Below the pieces are notes generated by a model. That model saw nothing but the letters and a program-made list of their open reading frames with translations, did no database searches and was not told the origin of the DNA. A program made the position numbers and the translations under genes. Positions 1 to 8,226 of a DNA stretch of 64,000 nt are shown piece by piece (within the stretch, counting starts at the first letter, position 1; each line of letters opens with the position of its first letter). Source of the DNA: an uncultured virus (IMG/VR IMGVR_UViG_3300034777_000432) (Duplodnaviria > Heunggongvirae > Uroviricota > Caudoviricetes). Location of the stretch: the IMG/VR virus record IMGVR_UViG_3300034777_000432; one strand, 5' to 3'.

Positions 1-2
1 AC

Positions 3-353
3 CACGATGGTATTGGACACATTAGTCCATTGCTTATCGCTTTCTTCTACAAGTTCTGGCCTCGTCTATTACTTGAAAAGAAAGTCAAAATCACTCGTAC
101 TCCGATAATGATTTCTACTAAAGCTAAATCAGTCAAATGGTTCTATGCTTATGAGGAAGCGAGTAAATTTAAATCAGATCAAGCAGGGTGGAAGCATCGC
201 TACATCAAAGGCTTGGGATCTCTTCAAGAGGAAGAATATAGCACTATCATTAATGATCCAGTTTACGATACTGTTACTGTCGATGACGCCAAAATATTCG
301 AAATGATGTTTGGTCGTGACAGTCAGTTACGTAAAGATTATATGATGGCATAG
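3..353 (+). CDS. DNA topoisomerase II large subunit, C-terminal part (gp39/gp60-like); 5'-truncated by window
   Basis: Frame open from base 3 (HDGIGHI, end of the Toprim DxD motif), then TPI and RYIKGLGS motifs of GyrB/gp60; lies upstream of gp52. Confidence 0.9.
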   Translation, partial: HDGIGHISPLLIAFFYKFWPRLLLEKKVKITRTPIMISTKAKSVKWFYAYEEASKFKSDQAGWKHRYIKGLGSLQEEEYSTIINDPVYDTVTVDDAKIFEMMFGRDSQLRKDYMMA

Positions 354-369
354 ATATAAGGAAAACAAA

Positions 370-573
370 ATGGATATTAGAGAACAAATTCTTGAATCAC
401 TGAAGTCACATGCTATTGGTCATATCAATAAGCATAAGATGAATGTTGAGGTATACCTTACTAACCCAGTTGGTATTGGTGAACATCCTGATGTGATGGC
501 TGCTATCGAAGCAGAACTCAAAGTTATCGCAGAATATGAAGATCAACTGGATTTAATTAAAAAATACTTTTAA
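370..573 (+). CDS. Conserved hypothetical protein of marine T4-like phages
   Basis: AAGGA RBS; 'YLTNPVGIGEHPD' motif recalled from cyanophage-type myoviruses. Confidence 0.7.
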   Translation: MDIREQILESLKSHAIGHINKHKMNVEVYLTNPVGIGEHPDVMAAIEAELKVIAEYEDQLDLIKKYF

Positions 574-590
574 TTTGATGAAATTAACAG

Positions 591-619
591 TTGACATTTG
601 CTTCAAATTAGTATAGAAT
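591..619 (+). promoter_or_regulatory. Sigma70-type early promoter
   Basis: TTGACA-N17-TAGAAT preceded by AATTAACAG, a context repeated elsewhere in the window. Confidence 0.75.
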
Positions 620-644
620 GGTACTATAAAATAAAGGAACGAAT

Positions 645-2000
645 ATGAGTTTGGATCAATTTATGTCTGAAGAGAACAATAAGACCTCCCTAGGTGAATA
701 CCCTATAAGTCACGTAGCATCTAACGAGTGGAAGTCCTTCGCAATGTATACAGTGGAATCAAGAGCGATTCCCAACATGATCGATGGATTAAAGCCTGTT
801 CAAAGATTCTACCTGTACTCGTCACTTATCAACTCAAAGCGCGACTTCAAAAAAGTAAGCGCTGTAGCTGGTATCATTAGTGACTATGGTTATAACCACG
901 GGGAGGCAAGCGCAGCGGGGGCGGGTCAACTTATGGCCGCGACGTGGAACAATAACATCTGTCTAGTCGAGGGCCGTGGTTCCTTTGGTACCCGACTAAT
1001 TCAAGAAGCAGGTGCACCACGTTATGTGTATACTAGACTAAGTGAAAACTTTGAGAAGTATATCCGCGACATTGACCTAGCCCCCGCGCATGATGATCCT
1101 GAGCATGAACCACCATCATTTTATGTACCTGTAATTCCGTTAGTATTAGCTAATGGTACCAAGGGTATTGCTACTGGTTTTGCTACTAACATTCTTCCAC
1201 GTAGTCAGAAATCGCTTTCAAAAGCTGTAACTGAATATATTGCTACTGGCGATATTAAGAATCGCATTCCAATATCCTTTCCAGACTTTAAAGGTAAAGT
1301 CGTATGGGATGCTGGTAACGATCGTTATAGTATCCTAGGTGTCTATGAAAAGAAATCAAAGACAGTAATGGAGATCACTGAAGTACCATATGGTTTTGAT
1401 CGAGAGTCTTATGTTAAGATCCTTGATAAACTCGAAGATGATGGTGACATTGTATCCTATGAAGATCTATGTGATAAAGCAGGTTTCTCCTTTGAGGTTA
1501 AACTTAAGCTTGCTACTTCAGCAAAATGGAATGACGAAAAAATCATTCGCAAATTTAAGCTAAGTAAACCTGCTTCAGAAAATATTACAGTAATCGATTA
1601 TGAAGGTAAGCTTCGTGAATATGAAGATGAACGTCAGCTTGTTAAAGACTTTGTAGACTATCGCCTTGGTATACTACAAAAGAGAATCGAACTTCGTCAA
1701 ACAGAAGCAACGGAATTAGCTCGTTGGTTGAACATCAAAATGCAATTCATTCAATCAGTACTTGATGATAAGATTGTATTTAAAAATCGTAAGAAAGCAG
1801 ATGTTGGTAATCAAATCCTTGCTAACACTGAAGCTCTTGATACTGATGTGGATAAACTACTTCGTATTAACATTATGTCACTTACAGATGAGATGGTGAA
1901 GGAACTACAAAAGGAAATCAAATCTGCTAAAGCAGAACGCACATTCTGGAGTAAAGAAACTCCTAAAAATCAATTTACCGTGGACTTAGAGGAAATCTAA
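645..2000 (+). CDS. 52: DNA topoisomerase II medium subunit (gp52, GyrA/ParC-like)
   Basis: RAIPNMIDGLKPVQR, YNHGE, APRY (catalytic Tyr), GIATGF motifs. Confidence 0.95.
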   Translation: MSLDQFMSEENNKTSLGEYPISHVASNEWKSFAMYTVESRAIPNMIDGLKPVQRFYLYSSLINSKRDFKKVSAVAGIISDYGYNHGEASAAGAGQLMAATWNNNICLVEGRGSFGTRLIQEAGAPRYVYTRLSENFEKYIRDIDLAPAHDDPEHEPPSFYVPVIPLVLANGTKGIATGFATNILPRSQKSLSKAVTEYIATGDIKNRIPISFPDFKGKVVWDAGNDRYSILGVYEKKSKTVMEITEVPYGFDRESYVKILDKLEDDGDIVSYEDLCDKAGFSFEVKLKLATSAKWNDEKIIRKFKLSKPASENITVIDYEGKLREYEDERQLVKDFVDYRLGILQKRIELRQTEATELARWLNIKMQFIQSVLDDKIVFKNRKKADVGNQILANTEALDTDVDKLLRINIMSLTDEMVKELQKEIKSAKAERTFWSKETPKNQFTVDLEEI

Positions 2001-2002
2001 CG

Positions 2003-2179
2003 ATGGAATTTCGTTTTTACTTGTTTTGTTATGAACAGCATCAAAGACGTAGAGACAAAAAGATAAACTTTGCTTGGCTTATCAATTTATTCTATAGGAA
2101 TAGTCCAGATCATTGCCTTGAAGTATGGGTTGAAAGAACCTTAAACGATAGACATAAGCGTGAAAGACCGAGGCGATGA
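2003..2179 (+). CDS. Small hypothetical protein (58 aa)
   Basis: ORF fills the gap after gp52, GAGG upstream, overlaps next ATG (ATGA). Confidence 0.35.
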   Translation: MEFRFYLFCYEQHQRRRDKKINFAWLINLFYRNSPDHCLEVWVERTLNDRHKRERPRR

Positions 2180-2565
2180 ACATTGAAGTATCAGATCTCG
2201 ATGTAACACTCACAGAAAATTTTATTAATTTTTGCTGTGATGAACTTAACGTATTTCCTAGTCTTATTACTGTCGAAGGATGGGATAACAAATTTAACGA
2301 TGGAGCAACTGGTCTCTGTTACGAAGTAAACTTCAAAGATGAATACCTTATTATGGTATCAAAAGAAGGTCGTAACGTAACAGAAATCTATGATACCATA
2401 GCCCACGAAATGATCCACGTTAAACAATTTATGAAGAACAACCTTACCAAGCGATTGGAAGAATATCGTCCCGTATACAAAGAACGTTGGTGGGAGATTG
2501 AAGCAAAAGAAAATAGTTTCGATTTAGTTAAAAAATATGTTGACATTCTAATGAATGTAGATTAG
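2176..2565 (+). CDS. HExxH zincin-like putative metallopeptidase
   Basis: TIAHEMIHVKQ and WEIEA motifs; paralog of 12811..13245. Confidence 0.7.
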   Translation: MNIEVSDLDVTLTENFINFCCDELNVFPSLITVEGWDNKFNDGATGLCYEVNFKDEYLIMVSKEGRNVTEIYDTIAHEMIHVKQFMKNNLTKRLEEYRPVYKERWWEIEAKENSFDLVKKYVDILMNVD

Positions 2566-2588
2566 TATAAACTAATAGAGGGTAATCA

Positions 2589-2696
2589 ATGCAAGACATC
2601 ATAACAGCCAATATTTTATTTTGGATCTTTTGGTCCTTTATTTCTTATTTGCCATATATGTGGTTTCAAACGCAAATAGACTCTATTGAAGATTAG
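2589..2696 (+). CDS. Small membrane peptide (35 aa)
   Basis: MQDIITANILFWIFWSFISYLPYMWF; GAGG RBS; promoter TTGACA-N17-TAGTAT at 2540-2568. Confidence 0.45.
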   Translation: MQDIITANILFWIFWSFISYLPYMWFQTQIDSIED

Positions 2697-2772
2697 CGCC
2701 CGTAGCTCAGCCGGATAGAGCAGCGGTCTTCTAAACCGCAGGTCAGAGGTTCGAATCCTCTCGGGCGCGCCA
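2696..2772 (+). tRNA. tRNA-Arg (anticodon TCT)
   Basis: Acceptor GCGCCCG/CGGGCGC, anticodon arm GCGGT-CTTCTAA-ACCGC, GGTTCGAATCC T-arm, encoded CCA. Confidence 0.95.
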
Positions 2773-2775
2773 GAA

Positions 2776-2923
2776 AACTCCTCCACCATAGGGAGTTAAG
2801 CCTAGTAACATATGTACAATGTATACTAGGTGGGTATAGGCACTGGTACCGAATCAAACCCAGTCGGTCGTCGTATACGTGAAATACGAATAGAGGGAGA
2901 GGCACTGCAGAAAGTCTCTCCCT
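2776..2923 (+). ncRNA. Candidate structured RNA downstream of tRNA-Arg
   Basis: Tandem hairpins AACTCC/GGAGTT, CCTAGTA/TACTAGG, ACTGG/CCAGT, TCGTAT/ATACGA, AGGGAGAGGC/GTCTCTCCCT in a non-coding gap. Confidence 0.4.
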
Positions 2924-2960
2924 TGAAATAAAGAATTTAAAATTATTATTGAGGAAAATT

Positions 2961-3230
2961 ATGAAAGAGAATGATGTAGTAACAGTTGTAGCAGCCACCG
3001 GCGAGTATGTAGGTAGAATGCTAAAGTTTGATGAAACCGGTATTGTATTACAAAACCCACGGTTGATTACATATACTGAAGATGGTCAAATGGGATTTGC
3101 AGCGGGTATCGCTATGACAGGTAATCCTGATCCAAAGGAAGTAACCATTATGCAAGTTGTATTTGTAACTGAGTGTAATGAGGAAATCGTAAAGGCTTGG
3201 CATCAAGCTACATCAGGATTGATTGTGTAA
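2961..3230 (+). CDS. Conserved small beta-barrel (Sm-like) hypothetical protein of T4-like phages
   Basis: GAGG RBS before ATG 2961; VVTV...GEYVG...LQNPR and C-terminal TSGLIV pattern. Confidence 0.6.
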   Translation: MKENDVVTVVAATGEYVGRMLKFDETGIVLQNPRLITYTEDGQMGFAAGIAMTGNPDPKEVTIMQVVFVTECNEEIVKAWHQATSGLIV

Positions 3231-3406
3231 TGTGGGCTTTGGTGTTCATATACTTTTATGACGCAACTCCATATGTAGAAACATATGATGTATATACTTC
3301 AATGACCGAATGTTTTAGAGGTAGAGAAACATTGGCTGATGAAGTTGGAAAAGGCGGCGGATATTTTAAAGCTGGCCAACAAGCAGTTTGTATTAATATG
3401 AACTAA
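3230..3406 (+). CDS. Small exported hypothetical protein
   Basis: MWALVFIYF hydrophobic N-terminus, Cys pair, TAATG coupling. Confidence 0.55.
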   Translation: MWALVFIYFYDATPYVETYDVYTSMTECFRGRETLADEVGKGGGYFKAGQQAVCINMN

Positions 3407-3407
3407 A

Positions 3408-3492
3408 GCTCTCGTGGTGGAATTGGTATACACAACAGACTTAAAATCTGTCGCTTCACGGCTTACCGGTTCGAGTCCGGTCGAGAGTACCA
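3408..3492 (+). tRNA. tRNA-Leu (anticodon TAA)
   Basis: GCTCTCG/CGAGAGT acceptor, ACAGA-CTTAAAA-TCTGT anticodon arm, long variable arm, GGTTCGAGTCC, CCA. Confidence 0.95.
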
Positions 3493-3569
3493 AACAAACG
3501 GTTCTATTCCCGTTCTAAAACAATTGAATAGATGGTGCCCAGGAGACCTAAGTAGGTCAGGAAACTGCT

Positions 3570-3577
3570 TATAAATA
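3570..3577 (+). promoter_or_regulatory. T4-type late promoter TATAAATA
   Basis: Exact gp55 consensus upstream of ORF 3623. Confidence 0.6.
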
Positions 3578-3622
3578 ATAAGTGCATTGTAATTGTACAA
3601 TGTATCCTAATAGGAGAATGCT

Positions 3623-3817
3623 ATGAAGTTAGTATTAACAGTCGCAGCAAGTCTCTTTTTACTGGGTTGTTCTACCGTAGGTTCAGTAACTGATGGTGTA
3701 ACAGGTATCGTAGACGGTGTCATTGATGACGTATCAGGTGTAGTTACATATACACTAGATACTACGAGTGAAATCGTTAAGGATGCAACTCCAGAAAAAG
3801 AAACGCCTAAGGAATAA
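3623..3817 (+). CDS. Small lipoprotein
   Basis: Signal peptide with lipobox LLGC; AGGAG RBS. Confidence 0.7.
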   Translation: MKLVLTVAASLFLLGCSTVGSVTDGVTGIVDGVIDDVSGVVTYTLDTTSEIVKDATPEKETPKE

Positions 3818-3834
3818 GCTGCAGCCAAGGATGG

Positions 3835-4512
3835 CTATTTTTCTTCAATTACCTCTTCAATTAGTTCTATTTCTTTTTCAACTAATTCTATTTTCTTTTC
3901 CATTACAACGACTTCAATATTCTTATCTATAACTTCTGCAGCAGCTTTTTCTGCTTCAATATGACGAATACTTGTATCTATTAAAAATGCATCTGTTACT
4001 CTTCTGATACTTAATGCACGACTTACTGGATATGCTTTTACATTTACTGTATTGTCTTGATTACCACCAAGAATGTTATACACTTTAGCGCCATTACTTA
4101 ATGTAGTGGTACTCACATAGAAACCAACATGCCCTTGCCATTCTGTATTGCCTCTTTTAAATACTACAATGTCACCTTGTTCCGGTTCAGTTACTTCCTC
4201 TCCATACTCTAAAAAACTCCTTGCAAGAAGATAATTATCTGATACGAATTCTGATGTTGGTAATCTTTGTTCTAATAAAACCATATTAACAAATGCAGCG
4301 CACCATTCAGTCGTTACAGGATCTACACCCATAATCGATTTGATAAGTTCTCTATCACGCTCTTCATTTAAACCGTAGTAATAATACGCTTTGTGTGTGA
4401 GGGTAGTTTTAAGGGGAACCATTCGTTCTTCTTCGGTAAAGTTCTCTACAAGAGAACAAGCCATAAGAGGTAACAAGGTTAGTGTAAGAATAATATATTT
4501 CATTTGCTTCAA
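3835..4512 (-). CDS. TIGR02594-family (NlpC/P60/CHAP-like) putative peptidoglycan hydrolase, probable lipoprotein
   Basis: WCAAFVN, ARSFL, GDIVVF, GHVGF, LGGNQ motifs; LMAC lipobox; late promoter (TATTTATA on +) at 4534-4541. Confidence 0.8.
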   Translation of the reverse strand: MKQMKYIILTLTLLPLMACSLVENFTEEERMVPLKTTLTHKAYYYYGLNEERDRELIKSIMGVDPVTTEWCAAFVNMVLLEQRLPTSEFVSDNYLLARSFLEYGEEVTEPEQGDIVVFKRGNTEWQGHVGFYVSTTTLSNGAKVYNILGGNQDNTVNVKAYPVSRALSIRRVTDAFLIDTSIRHIEAEKAAAEVIDKNIEVVVMEKKIELVEKEIELIEEVIEEK

Positions 4513-4601
4513 TAATTAAGTGAGTTAACTATCTATTTATACATTGACATCTCAGCATAAATATGTTACAATATAATAAATTATTACAGGAGTGTAACAG
4601 T

Positions 4602-5471
4602 GTGAAAAAGGTTTTGGTAACAGGCGCAACAGGCTATATCGGTAGTCACGTCTGTAAACTGTTAAAAGAGAATGGTTACTATGTTGAAGGTTGGGATATC
4701 AACTTCCACGGTGAACATAACGATATATCAGAATATGTAGATCGATTCGAGAAGGTGGATGTTACAAATATTCCATATGCATATGCTGAATTTGATTCTG
4801 TCGTTCACCTCGCTGGAAGAGGGGTAGTACCACAAAGCCTTCGTGAACCGAGTGATTACTACAGAGTCAATACTATGGGTACATCCCATCTGCTTGACAA
4901 AGTAAAGACAAACAACTTCATTTTTGCAAGTACGTCAAGTGCTTGGGAAATGAAATCTCCATACGCTAGAAGTAAAGTAGCGGCTGAAGATATTATTAAG
5001 GAAAAAGCTGATGGGCACACTATTTTTCGTTTTTTTAACGTATCTGGTACTGACGGCATTAATCGGCAACTTGGCGCTCCCACTCATCTTATTCGTTTGG
5101 CTGCTATGGTTGCTGCTGGAAAACTTGCCTCAATTGATATATTTGGCGATGATTACGATACTCGTGATGGTACTTGCATTCGTGATTATATACATGTTGT
5201 CGATCTTGCTTCTGCTATAGTAAGTGCTGTCGAAATGGGCCCTCTGTTCACTGATTACGAATGCCTTGGTAGTAACATAGGGTTCAGTGTACGAGAAGTG
5301 ATTAACACTATGCAATCAGTTACAGGTAAGCCAATAAAGTGCAATATAGTAGGGCGAAGACCAGGAGATGCAGTATCAAGTGTGGTAGATAACCTATCAG
5401 AGTACTGTAATCTAACAAAGACCATAGAAGATATGTGCTTAGATCAATACAACTTAGAAAAGGAGACATAA
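4602..5471 (+). CDS. galE: UDP-glucose 4-epimerase (extended SDR)
   Basis: TGATGYIG, YxxSK, DGTCIRDYIHVVDLA, RRPGD; promoter TTGACA-N17-TACAAT at 4544-4572. Confidence 0.88.
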   Translation: MKKVLVTGATGYIGSHVCKLLKENGYYVEGWDINFHGEHNDISEYVDRFEKVDVTNIPYAYAEFDSVVHLAGRGVVPQSLREPSDYYRVNTMGTSHLLDKVKTNNFIFASTSSAWEMKSPYARSKVAAEDIIKEKADGHTIFRFFNVSGTDGINRQLGAPTHLIRLAAMVAAGKLASIDIFGDDYDTRDGTCIRDYIHVVDLASAIVSAVEMGPLFTDYECLGSNIGFSVREVINTMQSVTGKPIKCNIVGRRPGDAVSSVVDNLSEYCNLTKTIEDMCLDQYNLEKET

Positions 5472-5587
5472 TGGAAAACTTAGGTTTAATTATTGGAATC
5501 GGCTGTGTGATGTTATGTCCAATGGTATTTGGTGCAATCACCGCAATTAAATCACTAGAACATTCAAAAATGTGGTGGGAAAAGTAA
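5471..5587 (+). CDS. Small membrane peptide (38 aa)
   Basis: AGGAG RBS, TAATG coupling, single hydrophobic helix. Confidence 0.5.
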   Translation: MENLGLIIGIGCVMLCPMVFGAITAIKSLEHSKMWWEK

Positions 5588-5595
5588 ATTAACAG

Positions 5596-5624
5596 TTGAC
5601 ATTTGCTCTTAAATGATGTATAAT
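5596..5624 (+). promoter_or_regulatory. Sigma70-type early promoter
   Basis: TTGACA-N17-TATAAT, AATTAACAG upstream. Confidence 0.85.
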
Positions 5625-5650
5625 GTATCTAACAAATAGAGGAATACGTA

Positions 5651-5812
5651 ATGATAATAACAGCAGTAATTATTGGAATGGTTGCAGGAATCATAGCTGG
5701 TTCATTTTTCTGGGAGCCTAAAACTCCTGAAGCAGAACTTGGATGCACAGCCTGTGGACTTGTTGGTGTTATAGCAAGTGTAACTTTATTTAGTTTAATA
5801 GGATTAATTTAA
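5651..5812 (+). CDS. Small two-TM membrane protein (53 aa)
   Basis: GAGG RBS, two hydrophobic segments, sits behind its own promoter. Confidence 0.55.
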   Translation: MIITAVIIGMVAGIIAGSFFWEPKTPEAELGCTACGLVGVIASVTLFSLIGLI

Positions 5813-5820
5813 AAAAACAG

Positions 5821-5849
5821 TTGACATTTACTGAAAACTGTTATATAAT
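5821..5849 (+). promoter_or_regulatory. Sigma70-type promoter driving the ncRNA
   Basis: TTGACA-N17-TATAAT; predicted +1 near 5856. Confidence 0.85.
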
Positions 5850-5855
5850 AGTTCT

Positions 5856-6039
5856 ATATTAAGTTAATGGTGGGATAAACCGAGACGGCGAGAAGTTGTT
5901 CTTACGTTTGAAAAACAACGTATCATAACGTAACTTTTAGGACCCACGATGGAGAACTGCCTTAGGGAGCAACACCTGAACTACCGACATACTGCGTAGG
6001 AACGGAACGCCAAATAAGCGACCACCATTAATTTAATAT
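5856..6039 (+). ncRNA. 184-nt ncRNA with 18-bp terminal stem (6S-like candidate)
   Basis: 5856-5873 ATATTAAGTTAATGGTGG pairs with 6022-6039 CCACCATTAATTTAATAT (one G-U); begins at predicted TSS; followed by a T-run; no long ORF. Confidence 0.65.
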
Positions 6040-6060
6040 CTTTTTGGTTATGACTTGAGA

Positions 6061-6279
6061 ATGAAATATATGAAGTGGTTAGCTACAGCATTATTCTTAT
6101 CTGCAGGTACCTTACTATCTCTTAACATTGAGATATCCCGTTTTGGGTTTTTGTTGTTTTTATCCGGACACGTCTTATTAAGTGTATACTTTTATAAGGA
6201 AAAGGATTGGGCAATGACTACTCAAAACGGGTTTTTTATCTTTGTAGATGCGTTAGGTATATATCGGTGGTTCTATTAA
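6061..6279 (+). CDS. Small multi-TM membrane protein
   Basis: Three hydrophobic helices, GIYRW C-terminus. Confidence 0.6.
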   Translation: MKYMKWLATALFLSAGTLLSLNIEISRFGFLLFLSGHVLLSVYFYKEKDWAMTTQNGFFIFVDALGIYRWFY

Positions 6280-6413
6280 CCTTGGCCTCTGTATTTCTTA
6301 TAAGAACGCTTTTTTGACTTATTCATAGAAGCCATCTTAACATTCCTATTACCCTGTGAAGTTTTCTTATTATTTTTAACAGTTCTTACTGTTTTTGTAA
6401 ACGTTTTCGCCAT
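6276..6413 (-). CDS. Small basic protein (45 aa, KKTSQG...KYRGQG family)
   Basis: MAKTFTKTVRTVKNNKKTSQGNRNVKMASMNKSKKRSYKKYRGQG, GAGGA RBS; motif recalled from marine T4-like phages; below ORF-track cutoff. Confidence 0.7.
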   Translation of the reverse strand: MAKTFTKTVRTVKNNKKTSQGNRNVKMASMNKSKKRSYKKYRGQG

Positions 6414-6441
6414 AGTGTAGTCCTCGGTAAATTTTTATTAT

Positions 6442-6540
6442 GAGGTCGGCGTTTTAGGAACCAAGGGTAGCGAATCCTGGCTCCAAGGTGGCCGACCCAC
6501 CTACGCCTAGTTATCAGCCGATACGGCTAACGGTCCTAGG
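6442..6540 (-). ncRNA. Candidate pseudoknotted leader RNA
   Basis: GC-rich non-coding; minus-strand stems CCTAG/CTAGG, TTAGCCG/CGGCTGA, AGGTGG/CCACCT, GGAGCCAGG/CTTGGTTCC; GGTCGGC/GCCGACC pseudoknot. Confidence 0.5.
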
Positions 6541-6545
6541 TGATT

Positions 6546-6704
6546 CTAGTCTTCTGATTTTAGAAGAGTCCAAGCACCATATGCGATCATTGCATAAGCT
6601 ACTAGGTTGATTGGTGCGATCAGCATTGCTATGCCGCCACCAATGAGTAAAGCTCCGTCTAAAGACGTTCTTTCTTTTAATCTATTTTTAATAAAATTAA
6701 TCAT
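6546..6704 (-). CDS. Small two-TM membrane protein (52 aa)
   Basis: MINFIKNRLKERTSLDGALLIVGG...AYGAWTLLKSED; AGGAG RBS. Confidence 0.6.
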   Translation of the reverse strand: MINFIKNRLKERTSLDGALLIGGGIAMLIAPINLVAYAMIAYGAWTLLKSED

Positions 6705-6901
6705 TTTTTTCTCCTTTCGTTTAGAATTTCATTCATTATGTTTGATGCTGTATGCACGAAAAATCTCGGTGCAATAGCATGAAGCAGTAAAACTGGTACA
6801 AGTAACTGTAACTTAACCGCTGATTTAATAGCAAAATATGCATGCTGTAAAGCAGTTTCATTAACTTCCTCTAAGTGCAGTTTACACTTACGACTAAACA
6901 T
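6701..6901 (-). CDS. DUF6356-like hypothetical protein
   Basis: HLEEVNE..QH...HA..P..F.HTAS pattern. Confidence 0.55.
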   Translation of the reverse strand: MFSRKCKLHLEEVNETALQHAYFAIKSAVKLQLLVPVLLLHAIAPRFFVHTASNIMNEILNERRKK

Positions 6902-7237
6902 CTACTTATCATCTTTCTGACGTATGATCTTAGTCTTTTTACCATTTTCTAATGATTTAATTCTCAATTCAAGTACATTAATATGAGACGTAAGATCATC
7001 GATCTTTTTTGTTACCTTAGGGTAACGTTTACGCCATGCTTCGGGATCGTCCTGTAGAAAATCCCATCCTAGACGATCAACTAAATAGTCTAGAAATCTG
7101 TCAAACTTTGCCATAGCCCATAGTGCCATTTTTGTATTTCTAAACCAAGCTAGAAATGCTGCACCAAGAATTGAACCTGCTATAGCTGTATATATCCAAA
7201 GAGTATCTCCGAACATTGCACTAAGTGTTTCAGTCAT
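6902..7237 (-). CDS. Hypothetical membrane protein
   Basis: N-terminal TM, C-terminal coiled coil, overlaps the lipase stop. Confidence 0.6.
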   Translation of the reverse strand: MTETLSAMFGDTLWIYTAIAGSILGAAFLAWFRNTKMALWAMAKFDRFLDYLVDRLGWDFLQDDPEAWRKRYPKVTKKIDDLTSHINVLELRIKSLENGKKTKIIRQKDDK

Positions 7238-7937
7238 CGAGTTTCTCCGTGTGTTTCACGTAATTATTCATTCCGTGGTCTGATGCGCCGTCGAGGATAC
7301 CTGATCTCCAACCACGCCATTTATCTTTAACTGCTTGCCAATATGTAAGCTTACGAACATTACCATAAAAATTAATATATTGTAATAGTCCGTGATGCTT
7401 ATATCCCATTAACCATAATGGAACTCTAGTAACAAGATCGTTATTGTTTACGTATCTTTTATGCGGTGTAGTAATTGCTTTAACAAATTTGCGTGTACCA
7501 ACTCTTGGAGAACCAAATGTTATAAGCTGTATTACGTCAGTATATTCTTCAAAACGAGAAGTTGCTATAGTAGCCATCGCTGCTCCTAATGAATGACCAG
7601 TAACATATAGGTTTTTCTTTTGATGAGTTAATTGATGCTTTGATACATCACGCCATAATTTGTCAACTTCATTTCTAAATCCAGAATGAACTAAACCGTT
7701 TGTCATTGCTCCTCTAGGAATTGCATTAAGATCAGCCAATAGGTCAGAAATTTCTGCAGGCTCAGTACCTCGAAATGCGAGTACATATTCTGTTTTATTC
7801 CAAAATGCATGGCACTGTGCTCCATCATCTTCGAAAAACTTATGTCCTGTAAAACCTAATTCCTTTTTAAATGCCTTTGCTTCTTTGCTATCAAGATATG
7901 CAATTTCTGCAAGACGTGCCATTTTATGACTGCTCAT
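7230..7937 (-). CDS. Class 3 lipase (alpha/beta hydrolase)
   Basis: AFRGTE, VHSGF, TGHSLGAA nucleophile elbow, TFGSPRVG, DLVTRVP, DH. Confidence 0.9.
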   Translation of the reverse strand: MSSHKMARLAEIAYLDSKEAKAFKKELGFTGHKFFEDDGAQCHAFWNKTEYVLAFRGTEPAEISDLLADLNAIPRGAMTNGLVHSGFRNEVDKLWRDVSKHQLTHQKKNLYVTGHSLGAAMATIATSRFEEYTDVIQLITFGSPRVGTRKFVKAITTPHKRYVNNNDLVTRVPLWLMGYKHHGLLQYINFYGNVRKLTYWQAVKDKWRGWRSGILDGASDHGMNNYVKHTEKLDD

Positions 7938-8097
7938 ATTCTATTTCCTCGTTTAATTTATTTTATATTTATTAGGATTCAACGTCCTATCCATCGATGG
8001 ACCTATTGCCTCCCAATACTGTTCGCTTCGTTCTGATATTTCTGCAAACACCTGAAAAGATACCAGGAGAATTAAAATTCCTCCAACCCATAATAAT

Positions 8098-8214
8098 TTA
8101 CTCATCTTTGCAATCACACTTCGTACATACGTCGTTTACACATTTAGAACAGTCCGGACTATAACAATGGCAACGATGGCCACACTTCTTACAATACCGT
8201 TCTTGTCCCTTCAA
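8098..8214 (-). CDS. Cys-rich metallothionein-like micro-protein (38 aa)
   Basis: TTG start after AAGGAG; MKGQERYCKKCGHRCHCYSPDCSKCVNDVCTKCDCKDE (9 Cys, 2 His). Confidence 0.6.
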   Translation of the reverse strand: MKGQERYCKKCGHRCHCYSPDCSKCVNDVCTKCDCKDE

Positions 8215-8226
8215 TAAACTAACTCC

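Noticed and set aside
2693..3493. Minus-strand ORFs 2693..2998 and 3299..3493
   Set aside because: They are antisense translations of the two tRNAs and adjacent genes
6442..6505. HDV-like or pistol ribozyme (GGGTCGGC...GCCGACCT resembles HDV antigenomic P1)
   Set aside because: No P3/L3 abutting the 3' P1 strand, no P1.1 or J4/2 catalytic C, and pistol consensus linkers are absent; kept only as an unclassified RNA
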